DNA from: an uncultured Candidatus Saccharibacteria bacterium
GTDB lineage: Bacteria; Patescibacteriota; Minisyncoccia; Phycocordibacterales; UBA6899
Assembly (NCBI GenBank): GCA_964386905.1
Contig: CAYLUP010000002.1
Coordinates: 64,522 to 128,521, forward strand
Direction: 5' to 3'
Length of the DNA stretch: 64,000 bases
Shown piece by piece: positions 45,705-57,300 of this stretch. Position 1 is the stretch's first letter. Each line of letters begins with the position of its first letter. The position numbers and the translations under genes were made by a program. The notes below the pieces were generated by a model, which saw nothing but the letters and a program-made list of their open reading frames with translations, had not been told where the DNA came from and searched no databases.

Positions 45705-46424
45705 ATGGAACAATTGAATGACCTTACTCTTGCAAAGATTGGGCAATCTTGCATTTTGGAAATCCCTGGTGATGCGCATCTTGCGGTAGCATCGTATGTT
45801 CGAAAACATCTTTTAGGAGGACACGACATGCTCTCGGAACTGCACGCAACAACATTTCTCATTGAGCATGCACGACAGTTGAAAGAGATTGATTCACGCA
45901 TAAATAAAGGAGAGCATATTATCCTTGTATCGTTTGATAAAATCGTTGAAGCCGCTCAGCATGCATTACTGAAAACAATAGAAGAACCAAAAGAAAAGAC
46001 ACACATTCTTTTTGTAGTAAGAAACAAGGATGTCTTTTTGCCGACAATACTATCTCGCGCACCTGCATATCATCTGCTTTCTGTGTCGCCTCGGCTTCTT
46101 TCCCTTGATCCTGAAACATATCTTTCAGCATCATTTTCTGAGCGCCTCGAGTATCTTTCGCCACTCCTAGACACTGCTCGCGGCGACGAAGGTGAAGAGC
46201 GAGATTCTGCTCGGAGAGAACTTCTAGCGTTTTTAGAGAGTCTCCTTGAGTGCTTGGCGTCCCGTGGATTCCAGCGCGAAGAAAGTTGGCAACAGGTGAT
46301 GCGGCTACTTTTTGAAGCAGAGCGAGACATGCAAGACATCTCTCCATCTTTAAAGATGATTTTTGAGCATCTTTCACTTCGACTCCCACAAGTGTCTCCT
46401 GCTGGAAAGTCGCAGAAAATTTGA
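45705..46424 (+). CDS. holB: DNA polymerase III delta-prime-like clamp-loader subunit.
   Basis: The signature HALLKTIEEPKEKTHILFVVRNKDVFLPTILSRA follows the delta-prime/tau pattern (LLKTLEEPP ... TI.SRC). There is no Walker A, as is typical of delta prime. Confidence 0.5.
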   Translation: MEQLNDLTLAKIGQSCILEIPGDAHLAVASYVRKHLLGGHDMLSELHATTFLIEHARQLKEIDSRINKGEHIILVSFDKIVEAAQHALLKTIEEPKEKTHILFVVRNKDVFLPTILSRAPAYHLLSVSPRLLSLDPETYLSASFSERLEYLSPLLDTARGDEGEERDSARRELLAFLESLLECLASRGFQREESWQQVMRLLFEAERDMQDISPSLKMIFEHLSLRLPQVSPAGKSQKI

Positions 46425-46993
46425 TATACTTTCTCTATATGGCATACGATTTCACAATATTTCAGAATGCAGTATCAGAAGCAGAAGATTGGCTTAAAAA
46501 AGAGCTCTCCTTACTTCGGACGGGGCGCGCAACCACTGCTGTGCTTGATTCTATCCATGTTGAGTCTTATGGGTCAATGAGTCCAATTGCACACGTTGCA
46601 ACAATTACAATGGAAGATTCGCGAACTATTCGCGTCTCTCCGTGGGATAAGTCTCAGGTAAAAAATATCGATCAGGCAATCCAGAAAGCAAATCTTGGAC
46701 TATCTGTCAGTGCTGATGATGCTGGTCTCCGAGTAATCTTTCCAGAACTCACAGGGGAAAGAAGGCAGCAAGTCATTAAGCTATTGCGCGAGCGACTTGA
46801 AGATGCAAAAATTACCATGCGCAAAGCGCGGGAGCAGATTATTGCTGATATGAAGACAAAAGAGAAGGATGGAGAAATATCTGAAGATGAGCATTTCAAG
46901 GCAAAAGAAGACCTCCAAAAGCTCGTTGATGCTGCAAATGCTGCCTTTGAAGCCATGGCCGAGAAGAAGGAAAAAGATATTCTCACACAATAA
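46421..46993 (+). CDS. frr: Ribosome recycling factor.
   Basis: ...VESYGSMSPIAHVATITMEDSRTIRVSPWDKSQVKNIDQAIQKANLGLSVSADDAGLRVIFPELTGERRQQVIKLLRERLEDAKITMRKARE. Its start overlaps the holB-like stop in an ATGA arrangement. Confidence 0.85.
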   Translation: MIYFLYMAYDFTIFQNAVSEAEDWLKKELSLLRTGRATTAVLDSIHVESYGSMSPIAHVATITMEDSRTIRVSPWDKSQVKNIDQAIQKANLGLSVSADDAGLRVIFPELTGERRQQVIKLLRERLEDAKITMRKAREQIIADMKTKEKDGEISEDEHFKAKEDLQKLVDAANAAFEAMAEKKEKDILTQ

Positions 46994-47034
46994 TTTATTC
47001 GAAGTGCCTCAGGTGCGAGGTACTTTTTATCATC

Positions 47035-48135
47035 ATGTTTATGTCAATTCTTATTTTCATTGTTATACTCCTCGTTCTTGTTCTTGCTCATGAGTTTGGA
47101 CATTTCATTATTGCAAAGAAGTCTGGGGCACGCGTTGATGAATTTGCTTTCGGCTTTCCACCAAAAATATTTTCAAAAAAGTATGGGGAAACGACATACG
47201 TTCTAAACGCTTTACCGATAGGTGGATATGTAAAGATCCATGGTGAAGATGCATCAGAAAAAGAATTAGATGAACAAAGAAGTCTCACTCATAAGCCTCG
47301 ATATGTACAAGCGGCAGTCATTCTTGGAGGTATCATTGCAAATATCCTGGTTGCGTGGATCCTCTTTTCGATCATTTTGATGATGGGTATGCAAACAAGT
47401 GTTGGAGCTCATCGTTTTGGAGAACTTCGTGATCCAAAAATTATCGTCACAGATGTCATACCAGAAAGTCCTGCTGCACAAGCAGGAATACTTCCAGGCG
47501 ATCGCCTTATTTCCGTTAGGTCCCTTCTTGATTCTCGCGCATCATCCCCATTGAACGATGTCTCAGATTTATCTGCATACATTTCCGAACAAGGTGGTGT
47601 CCCCGTGGTTCTTACGTCAGAGAGGCAAGGTGTTGTTATGAATAGTGAAATTACTCCACGCATTCTTGACACAACAGAGAGATTTTTGATCGGTGTTGCT
47701 ATGGACAAGGCAGGTGAGTTGAAGTTGCCTGTGCATCTGGCGATTGTGGAAGGCGCAATAAAAACGACAGATTATTTTATCGCAACAGCAGTCGGTATTT
47801 ATCATTTTATTGCTTCTGCAATAGTCGGTGAGGGGAGTATGAGTGAAGTGAGTGGGCCAGTTGGTATTGTACAGGCGGTTGGTAGTGCAGCATCGCTTGG
47901 TTTTACACATATTCTCTTATTTACCGCACTGATTTCTTTGAACCTCGCAGTTATCAACCTTGTTCCATTTCCGGCGCTTGACGGCGGGAGGTTTCTCTTT
48001 ATTTTGATTGAAAGTGTTACCCGAAAGAAGCTTCCTGCTTCAGTGACGACTTGGGCAAACTTTATCGGTTTCGCCTTACTGATGCTTCTGATGGTTGTTG
48101 TGACCTACCATGATGTCTTGAAGATGTTGAAATAA
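47035..48135 (+). CDS. rseP: RIP zinc metalloprotease RseP (site-2 protease, M50 family).
   Basis: HEFGHFIIAKKSG (HExxH), a PDZ domain (VIPESPAAQAGILPGDRLISV), and NLAVINLVPFPALDGGR (LDG motif). Confidence 0.85.
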   Translation: MFMSILIFIVILLVLVLAHEFGHFIIAKKSGARVDEFAFGFPPKIFSKKYGETTYVLNALPIGGYVKIHGEDASEKELDEQRSLTHKPRYVQAAVILGGIIANILVAWILFSIILMMGMQTSVGAHRFGELRDPKIIVTDVIPESPAAQAGILPGDRLISVRSLLDSRASSPLNDVSDLSAYISEQGGVPVVLTSERQGVVMNSEITPRILDTTERFLIGVAMDKAGELKLPVHLAIVEGAIKTTDYFIATAVGIYHFIASAIVGEGSMSEVSGPVGIVQAVGSAASLGFTHILLFTALISLNLAVINLVPFPALDGGRFLFILIESVTRKKLPASVTTWANFIGFALLMLLMVVVTYHDVLKMLK

Positions 48136-48165
48136 CCCCATGTTTTTGGGGTTATTTTTTTTAGA
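48136..48165 (+). terminator. Rho-independent terminator: aacccc-atgttttt-ggggtt followed by tttttttt.
   Basis: Hairpin and T8 run directly after the rseP TAA. Confidence 0.55.
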
Positions 48166-48313
48166 GAGAGAGTCACTTGTACAAAGAATTTTTACTGCTT
48201 CTGTGGATAGTATGGGAATATTCAGTATAATGGCTTTGTTGAGCTGTATAATTGGTACTCTTTCTGTGTAAAAATACACACAATTTTAGGAAAATGATGG
48301 TAAAATAGTTCTA

Positions 48314-51300
48314 ATGACCAAAACCTCGTGGAGGAACTGGTTTTCACGTTGCGTACGCAGGGTATTTTTCTCTTTGCGTGGCTTTTTCGTTGGGGCTCAG
48401 AATCATTCTGTCGTGCGTTTTGGTAGGAGGATTTGGGCACTTTTTCAGCAGTCGTTCCGAATGATTTCGACACAGAAGCGCTCAAAAATGGTGTGGATGT
48501 CTACTGCTGCTTTTGTGATTTTTCTTTCTGCAACAATGACCGTTTTTGCTTTGCGAGCGAAGGCGGAAAAAGAAGTTCACGCCTATATCAGTCCTTCGTA
48601 CGTGACCGGTGAGGGTTTTGAAAGAGTAGAAGCTGCACTTGTTCAGGATTTTTCTGTTGATGCGCGATTTTCTGATTTCACACCAGAATATGTTGCACGT
48701 GTCGCATTTGGCTCCTTTGCACAAACCGTAGAGGAGAGTGTTCAGGAGGAATTGCTTTCAAGCACAACAACGCCATCCGCAACGACGACAGAAAGCACGA
48801 GCGGTGCACCTGCAGATACTGGTGTTGTTCCTGCTGAAACAACGAGTGTTTCTGAGTCTTCGACCGTCCCAGCTTCAGAAGAAAGTTCTTCTGCGCCTTC
48901 TTTGGAAAATCCCATTGAAACAAATGGTGCTCAATCTGCACCAGAAGCACCGTCAACCGAACCGCTTTCATTTTTGCGTAGTATTGTTTCTCCAAAGACT
49001 ATCTTGGCTCAAGAGACACCAGAGAGTGCTCCTGTCTCTGTTGCCGAAGATACTCCTGAATCAACTCTCGTTGTCGAAGGAGTTGAAGCGGTGACTGCGC
49101 CTGTTCAAGATGACAACACTTTTTCGGTGGATGCGACTTCATCAGCAACAATTGTTTCTGATACGGTAAAAGAAGAAAAAGAAAATCGTGATCCATATGC
49201 GATTGCCTCGTGCTCTGTATTTTCTAAACCATGCCACATGGCTGTGTTTGAGGGCTTTGGAGTTGGCACGGAACTTTCTCAGTATCCTGTGAGAAATGCT
49301 GAGGTTGTATTTTCTGTTGCCGCAAAATCACTTCCAACAGAACAACACGATCGCCTTCTTGTCCGCGCGTATAAAAATGGTCGTTGGGTATTTTTGGGTG
49401 AGCATGTCGTTCGTGGTGAGACAGATAACGCATTTCGAGGAGGATATTTACGATTCCCACTTGAATTATCTTCATGGTCAGACTTGTCGGACATGATCGT
49501 AGTTGCTGAATATGTCCGTGAAGGCGAATCTGATTCAACTCTGTTGCTTGATGCTGCATGGGTGGACGTTGGTTTTGAGGCGGCAGAATCACCGGATGAT
49601 CTTGCATTGTTCTCTCCAAATGTAAAAAGCGCGTTGCTTTCTCGCGACGCAGAGCGTCGTGCAAAGGAGCGAGATACGCTTGATGTCGGTGCAGGTGCTG
49701 TTGTGCATTTTGAGAACACTATTTCTGATCTTCCGAGTGCAAAACTCCGCGTGGCAACAACGAAGGAAAAACATGCAGTTTTGGGAACAGGAGAAGAGTA
49801 TGTCGCGGTGACCAATTTTAGTAATGCAACCGAACAGGTGCGTTTGTCCTTTTTCTTCCCAGACGGAAATGGTCGAGTGACCTCACTTTCGAAATATGTT
49901 CATAATGCGCCGGTAAAAAATGTTGAGACAGAGGTGACTCCTATTGCATATGTGTGTGAGTCACCTTGGGTAATAGCATCTTCATCCCTCGACGTATCTT
50001 CAAATGAAGATGTTGGGATTTCTGAGTACACATGTCTGCAGACAGAAGAGAAGCGCTCATGTGCATCGCTTTCGGATGATGCAACAAACTGTTACTCAGA
50101 AGTGACGACAATGACTGACGCAAATGCGACCGTTTTCAGACGCGGGTTTTATGTCGATGCGATCACCGGGGGTCCGTTCTCTGATGAACAGAGCATATTT
50201 GGAAAGGCACTCAGTGCTTTGCTTCTTGATATGCCAGAAGGAATTATTCCATCATCATCTGCTGAGGTGTCTCATAGCCAGACGTACGATATCGAACCCG
50301 GAGCAACAAAGTATTTTAAATTCGCATACAATGTCCCATTAAATGCACGGAGCGATGTGTACATTCAAGCAGTCTCTTCTGGCGGTGCATATGGACTCTC
50401 AAAAATTGTTGCAGATGGATCATGGAACTGGAGGGTCCCTGTGGATGTCGGACTTCCATACGCAACGTTTGGAGAGGAGGCTGTTGTGCCGATTTCTTTG
50501 GATCGTATGCCTCAAGAGTTTTGGACAACGGTACATGAAGATGGCTTAGATATTCGTGTATCTGATGAGCGTGGCGTTGTTGAGCTCCCATCATGGGTAT
50601 CGGAGTTCAATTTTGCGCAACGGAAAGGGCTTGTATGGGTGCGATTGCCACATGGTTCTGGGGTCATGCCTCGCGTCTATCTCTATGCAGGGAACTCTGA
50701 AGCAGCCTCGAAGATGGCTCCAGAAAAACCTTTTCTTTCATCCAGTCTCATTGAGAGGGCCGTTGTGATGTCAGAAGACGAAGAGGTGTCTTCGGTGAAG
50801 ATCACTGCGCTTGCTGATGATACGCGTGTCCGCGTCGGAGATGCTGCGGAAAAGAATCTTGTGTACGGTGAGACTGTTCTTTATGAACATGTTCCTCACG
50901 GTGCACTCGTCTATGCAAATGGTCCAGTTGCTGTCCATGCGCTATCGTTGTCGTCTCGTGCCATTGCATTACCTTTTGGTGTGGCAGGGAACGAGTTCGG
51001 TATTGCGGAGAAGTATGGTGAGTTTTATGTTGCATCGACACGTCCAGAGGAATCAGCGCTTTCTCTTGATCAGAACGAAGAGGTACTTGTCCCATACGGT
51101 CTGACACATTTCTCAGAACACGAAAGTTCTGCTTTTTCGGTACGTCTTCCTTCTGTTGCCGCGTTGTTTGATGAACAAGAAATTCTCCCTCTTCTCTCGA
51201 GGACATCTGACGAGAGGTTGCGTTTTTCTGCTTCTGCTCTGCTCGATCAAAAGGCTGATGCTGTTCGTGCTGTTTGTCCGAATGGGTATGCATACGGCGT

Positions 51301-54300
51301 ATTTGACGTCTCTGGCGCATCTCTTGCAACGACAACTTGTGGAAATATCCTCAATGGTCCATTTGAACACGGCATGCTCCTTCGTGTTCTTCCGACTGTA
51401 GGAAAAACGTCTCCTGGTGCTCTGTTCTCCTACGTACTCCGAGGGAATGAGTATCCTATGCTTCAGTCTGCTGCGCTTTCGCGTGGGACTGCAGGGTTTG
51501 ATCCAGAGGTTGCTTTTGGAGCACCAGAGTTTGTGGTCCCAGGAGAGCATCGCATATTTGATATTGAAGGAGAGAAAGAGCGTGCGCATGTGAGTCGTTT
51601 TCTGAGTAAACAGCGAGAATTTGCTGCTGAAGAAAATCCAACATTCCGTTTTCAATATGTTCCTCAGTCAGGAGGGTTTTTCCGTACTCTCCGCTCTTTG
51701 GTTGGTGCAGCTCCTTTTGCAATTACGAATGTCTCGGTAGAGCAAGCGGGCGCAGTGCTCCCAATCACCCCTGTTGTTTCTTATGGGTCATCTCTTGAGT
51801 GGACGGTGACTATTGACAAGAAAGAAGCAACAAAGATTGTTCCTGGGAAATTACTTCTACGGATGACGATTAAAGAAGGCGGTCAGACCTACGAAGATGT
51901 GTATGATTTTTATTGGGGACTTCTTGCGGTGAATTTCAATAAAGCAACATACGAGCAAGGAGAGATAGCAGACATCTGGTTGGGGGCATTGTCAGAAACA
52001 GGAAACACTGTCTGTGATGCAAAACTCAAAATCTTCATCACTGATACTGCGAGTTCGACTGTTGAAGTTCCCGTAGTGCAGTCGGGAAAGTGTGATGGTA
52101 ATTCCGTTGTTGATGTTCCGGATTATTCCGCGTCATATCCCGTAGTTGATGTTGGCGTCCATTCTGTGCGCGTATTGCGTCTTGATGAACAAGATAATGT
52201 TATTGCAGAAGTGCGAAGTCACTTTAATGCCGTGTCCCGTTCTCCTTTTGTCATTGAGAGAAAGGGCCCAACGCGTATTAATCCGACCGCTCCCTACAGC
52301 ATGACGCTTCGCGTATTTGCACGTGAAGCTTATGAGGGGCAAATTGTTGAGCAGATTCCTGCTGATTTTGAGGTACTTGAAAGAGGTGGATCGACGTTGC
52401 GCTGGAAGGACGATTCTCAACAAATTAAAGAAGCGGTATGGTCTGTCAAGATGAAAGCTGGGGAAATCTATCAGTTTACCTATACGTTTGATGCTGCTGA
52501 CAAATCGCCGTACATCTATTTCCTCGGCCCTGCTCGTATTGGTGATACAGATTCGTTGTATATTGAGCCTCGTGAGTGGCAAATTGCATCTGACGTCGCA
52601 GGAAACATGCTCATCTACTGGGATGGTGGAACGACTCCACCAGGGTGGACATGTGTATCGTGTCTCGGCACTGATCCGTTCTATCAACGGTACCCAATGG
52701 GATCATCAACTCCGAGCATTAATGGTGGCGCAACAACACATACCCATACGTTTACGACATCGGTCAGTTCTGCGATTTACTCAACGTCAATTTTGGTGAA
52801 TACGGGAATTCCAGCAACATTGGTGTATAAGGACCACACACATGCGTTTACTCCGACATTTGCCACAGGCTCAAATCTTCCACCATCCATGTCTTTGCGC
52901 ATCTTGCGAGCGAACGCAGTGGGTGATGTTCCTATTCCGCAAAATGCAATTGTGATGTTTGAATCTACTCCTCCGTCTGGATGGACAACATATAGTACGT
53001 TGGATGGAAATTTCCCATATGGTGATTCTGGTATTTTCAATACGCAAGGAAGTGCGACTCATAGCCATGCACTTTCTGGCACACTTGGTACATATAGTGG
53101 AGGTTCGCTCTATCGCAGTACAACTTTTGGAATATACCCGAAGGTTGCGAATACTACTCACGGACATGCAGTCACAGCAACATCAACGAACACAATTTCA
53201 AATGACCCTCCATACGTGACATACATGCTCGGAAAAGCAAGCGCTGCAGGGGCACTTCCAAATGGAGCGATTACGATGTGGGATAACGACCCTGCTTCTG
53301 GATGGGTGCATTTGTCTGTCGATGGTGCGGTAATGAGTAATCGTTTTGTGAAGGCGATGAGTTCTGCAGGTGCAACGGGAGGGTTATCACATCACGAGCA
53401 TACAGATACGACCAATATCCCAACTGGAGCATCGAATTCAAATACAAGTTCTGCATCACTTTCTGGATCTTTTGGATCAAATCCAAATCATACACATACT
53501 GTTGACTATACCCTCTTTTCTGATGCAGTTACCCTTCCTCCATATCGTACGGTTGTCTTTGCAAAAAGAAGTGTTGGCGTGCCAGAATTTACACAAACAG
53601 CTTTCCGGTTTTACGATAATGTAAATGACCCACTTCCAGTTGATCCATGGCCAGCTGGTGCTGTAGATGTTGCAGAAGGGATGTCTATTGAAGATGTTGC
53701 TTATCGCATTAAGCCTGGTTCGACATTCAGACTTCGCGTCTCTGCACAAATCTCTAATGCAACAGCAACTGCAAGCACAACACCACTCAAACTTCAGTAT
53801 TCTACTGATGGGGCATGTTCTACTGCGCTCAACTGGAATGATGTTGGTACTCCTGGCGGCTCAGCTCCGCTTCGTGGATACGATAATACTCTTGTGTCAC
53901 AAGGCACTCAGTTGGCTAGTGTTGTATTGGCTTCAAGCACTTTGTCATCGGTGCAGTTCTATAGTGAATCTTCGTCAGCACAAGCATTCACACAGGATGC
54001 AGGAATTGGGACATATGCTGAGTTCGATTGGGTCTTGCAGGCAGGAACAAGTCTTGCATCATCTTCTCGATATTGTTTGCGTATGGTTGAGGGGAGTGGA
54101 AAAGTTTTCGGTCAATACAGCGCATTTCCAAGTTTTCTCTCAAATAGCGCGCCAATTGCTCCCGTGCTTCAGACACAATTTAATCATGCGAAGATCCTGA
54201 CGTTAACTCCGACGTTGACATTTGCAGCCTCGGATGAGGAGGGGAACCCAATGCACTATGCGATTGAAATTGACGATGATCCAAATTTTGGATCACCAGT

Positions 54301-57300
54301 CGTCTCGCATTCGACAACAAATAACTCAGCATATTTCAGCAACCTGACAACGCTAAGTAACAAAGCACCATATAACAACGCAGATACAATTCAGTACACT
54401 GTGCAGAATGGTGCGCTTGCGAATAATACAACGTATTGGTGGAGGGTTCGTGCGATGGATCCTACAGGCAGTACACAGTATGGGTTGTGGTCTAGCGCAC
54501 GTGCTTTTACAACGGACACTTCTCTCGCGACGTCGGCATGGTTCCAGACAACAGATGCACAGTTTGTACAAAATACGCTCGAGAATATTACTATTTCAGG
54601 AAATGCTGCACGGCTGACAGGGGGTCAAACCTCTGGCACGATGTATTCTCCTTCGATCGTCTTTAATGCGGGTCCAATGGGAACCGTATGGGGGAGTTTG
54701 CTCTTTACCGATGATGGGGGAGCTGGAATTACATACCAAGTTGAATACCAGGATGAGCAGCAGAACTGGGTTCTTATTCCAGACACTGCGTTATCTGGAA
54801 ATTCGACTGGGTTCGGAAGTTCCCCTGTGTCTCTTACAAGTGTTGACCCACAGTTTTATCCAGCAATTCGCCTGCGTGCAAATTTCACAAATAGTGGAAC
54901 GCCAGTACTTTCTGATTGGGGCGTGAATTGGGCATACAAAACACTTGCTCCAATCCTTTCATCACCATTCAATCATGCAAAGGTGAGTACAACTACACCA
55001 GCATTACTCTTTGCATCGACAGATCCATTGAATCGTCCAGTAACATACGAGGTACAGTACTCAACAGACCCGACATTTACCACTTCAACGACCTGTAATA
55101 GCGACTCTTCGTGTACTGCAGGTTTTAAGAATATTGATACCCCAGCAGACACTTCTCCGTTTACATCTGCAGAACGCGTCGAGTTTACCTTCCAAACTCC
55201 ACTAACAAATGGAACGACGTATTTTTACCGTGTTCGTGGATACGGCTTTGGAAGCGGGGCTTGGTCATTCTGGTCTGAAGTACGTGCATTCACTGTAGAT
55301 ACGGCAGCGACGACATACCCAACGTGGTTCCAAACGATGAAGGGACAATGGGATGCTGATACACTTTCTGGAACGTATGCAAACCCTTCTCATAGCGTCG
55401 CTGTTGCAACGACAAGTGATCGCGTGCTGGTGGTATATGGGGACGGCTCCAATAGTAGGCCGAAGTACCGATTTTACGAAAATGGTGTACTCGGCACGGC
55501 AAAGGAGATGCTTTCCATTAACTCGACTGTGCTTTGGGCGGTAGCACGACCCTCACTTGTTAATGACCAGTTTGTGGTTGGAACAATGGGGGCTGACCGT
55601 GATGTGCGATTTCAGGTGTTTGAAAATGGCATTTGGTCACGACTCTTTACTCTGACCGATACATCACCTTCCGACAAGAGGCGAAGTTTTGATGTTGCGT
55701 ATGAATCGCAAAGTGGTCGTGCAGTGGCTGTTGCTTGCAGTGGCACAGATGCAGTCTATGCAATATTTGACGGTTCTACCTGGGGAAGTGTACAGAATCT
55801 CGATTTACCTTTTACAACAAACTGCGAACTGGTAAAGATGGCTTCAAGCCCAACACAGAATCAGATTATTGCGCTCTTCCGCAACACTGGTTCAACATTT
55901 CGTGCAGAGGTATGGAATGGAACTCAGTGGGATAATGGTTCCGCAATGAGTTTCAGCGCTTCCGCACAGATTCAAGAGCCAGCGCACGATGGTATGGCGA
56001 TTGAGTATGAACGAACGAGTGGGAAGGCAGTTGCGGTTGTATCAAATAACACGACGAGAGGATTTCGATATCGTGTATGGAGTGGAAACAACTGGGGTAC
56101 AGAGACCGCGTATGCGCTTCTCGGGGGAAACGATGGAAATAGAACAAATGCGCAATTCGAATGGGGAAATTTGAGACGCAGTCCAACAAGTAATGATTTG
56201 ATGCTTTGTGGCATCTCACAGTATTCTCCGACAGATGATGGTGCATATACGGAATTTGTTCGATGGAATGCAGTAACACCAGCATGGGAGCCAACAACGG
56301 CTTCAAAACTTGGTGAATACTGGCCATATTCTCGCCATGCGCAATCAAATGATTGTGTTTATGAAACGAAATCAGGACGTGCAAACAAACTCGTATATGT
56401 TGCTGATGAATCATGGCAGGTTGCTGACGGAAGTGCCTCATACAATAGAACTATATTTGACGTACTTTCTAATACGACAAATATGGCAAGCGCTTGGCAA
56501 TCTGGAGCATCATATACTACTCGAATTTGGTCTACGTATGCTGCATATCGATGGTATGCGGGAGAGACATGGACATCACGTCTTGAACGAGCATCGTACT
56601 CTGGAGATATTTTAGGGATTTCCTTAATGCGAAATTCTTTGAGCTATATTTTCCGTATGTGGAATGGTTCTGCCTGGTCTTCCGCAATTACGATGGGTGC
56701 ATCTTCTGTAACGACAAAGCCGTATGGTCAGCCGTATGACATGTCTGCGCAGCAAGGACTAACCCAAGGAAAAGTATTTTCATCTCCAATCGTTTTTGCA
56801 GATGGAAATGGTCCTTCATGGAGACAGGCCCGCTTTACCACGACACGACCTGTTGGGACAACGGCATTGATTTCTGTTGAATATGAATCGTCTCCTGGGA
56901 ATTGGGAACGAGTTCCAGATGCGGTTATTCCTGGAAACTCAACAGGAACATCAACAAGCCCGATTGATTTATCTGGCTTGAACTCTTCCGTCTACAGTGT
57001 GATTCGCCTCCGTGCGGATTTAACCTGTAATGGTTTTGCTACATGTCCAACTCTTGATGACTGGACAGTGGAGTGGGCGGCGGGTCTTAATATTTCTGGT
57101 ATTGCACGAGACAATGATCGTACGACTGCACTTACGAGTGGTACGGTAAAGGTCGCCGTAAACGGTGTTGAGCAGGTTGGAAAAACAGGGGCAATTTCTG
57201 GAACAGGAACATGGACAATTTCTGGCGTGAACTACAAGAATGGAGAGACTGTTACTGTGTGGATCGACAATCCAGGAGTAGCAAATCGCGCTGTTTCTGT

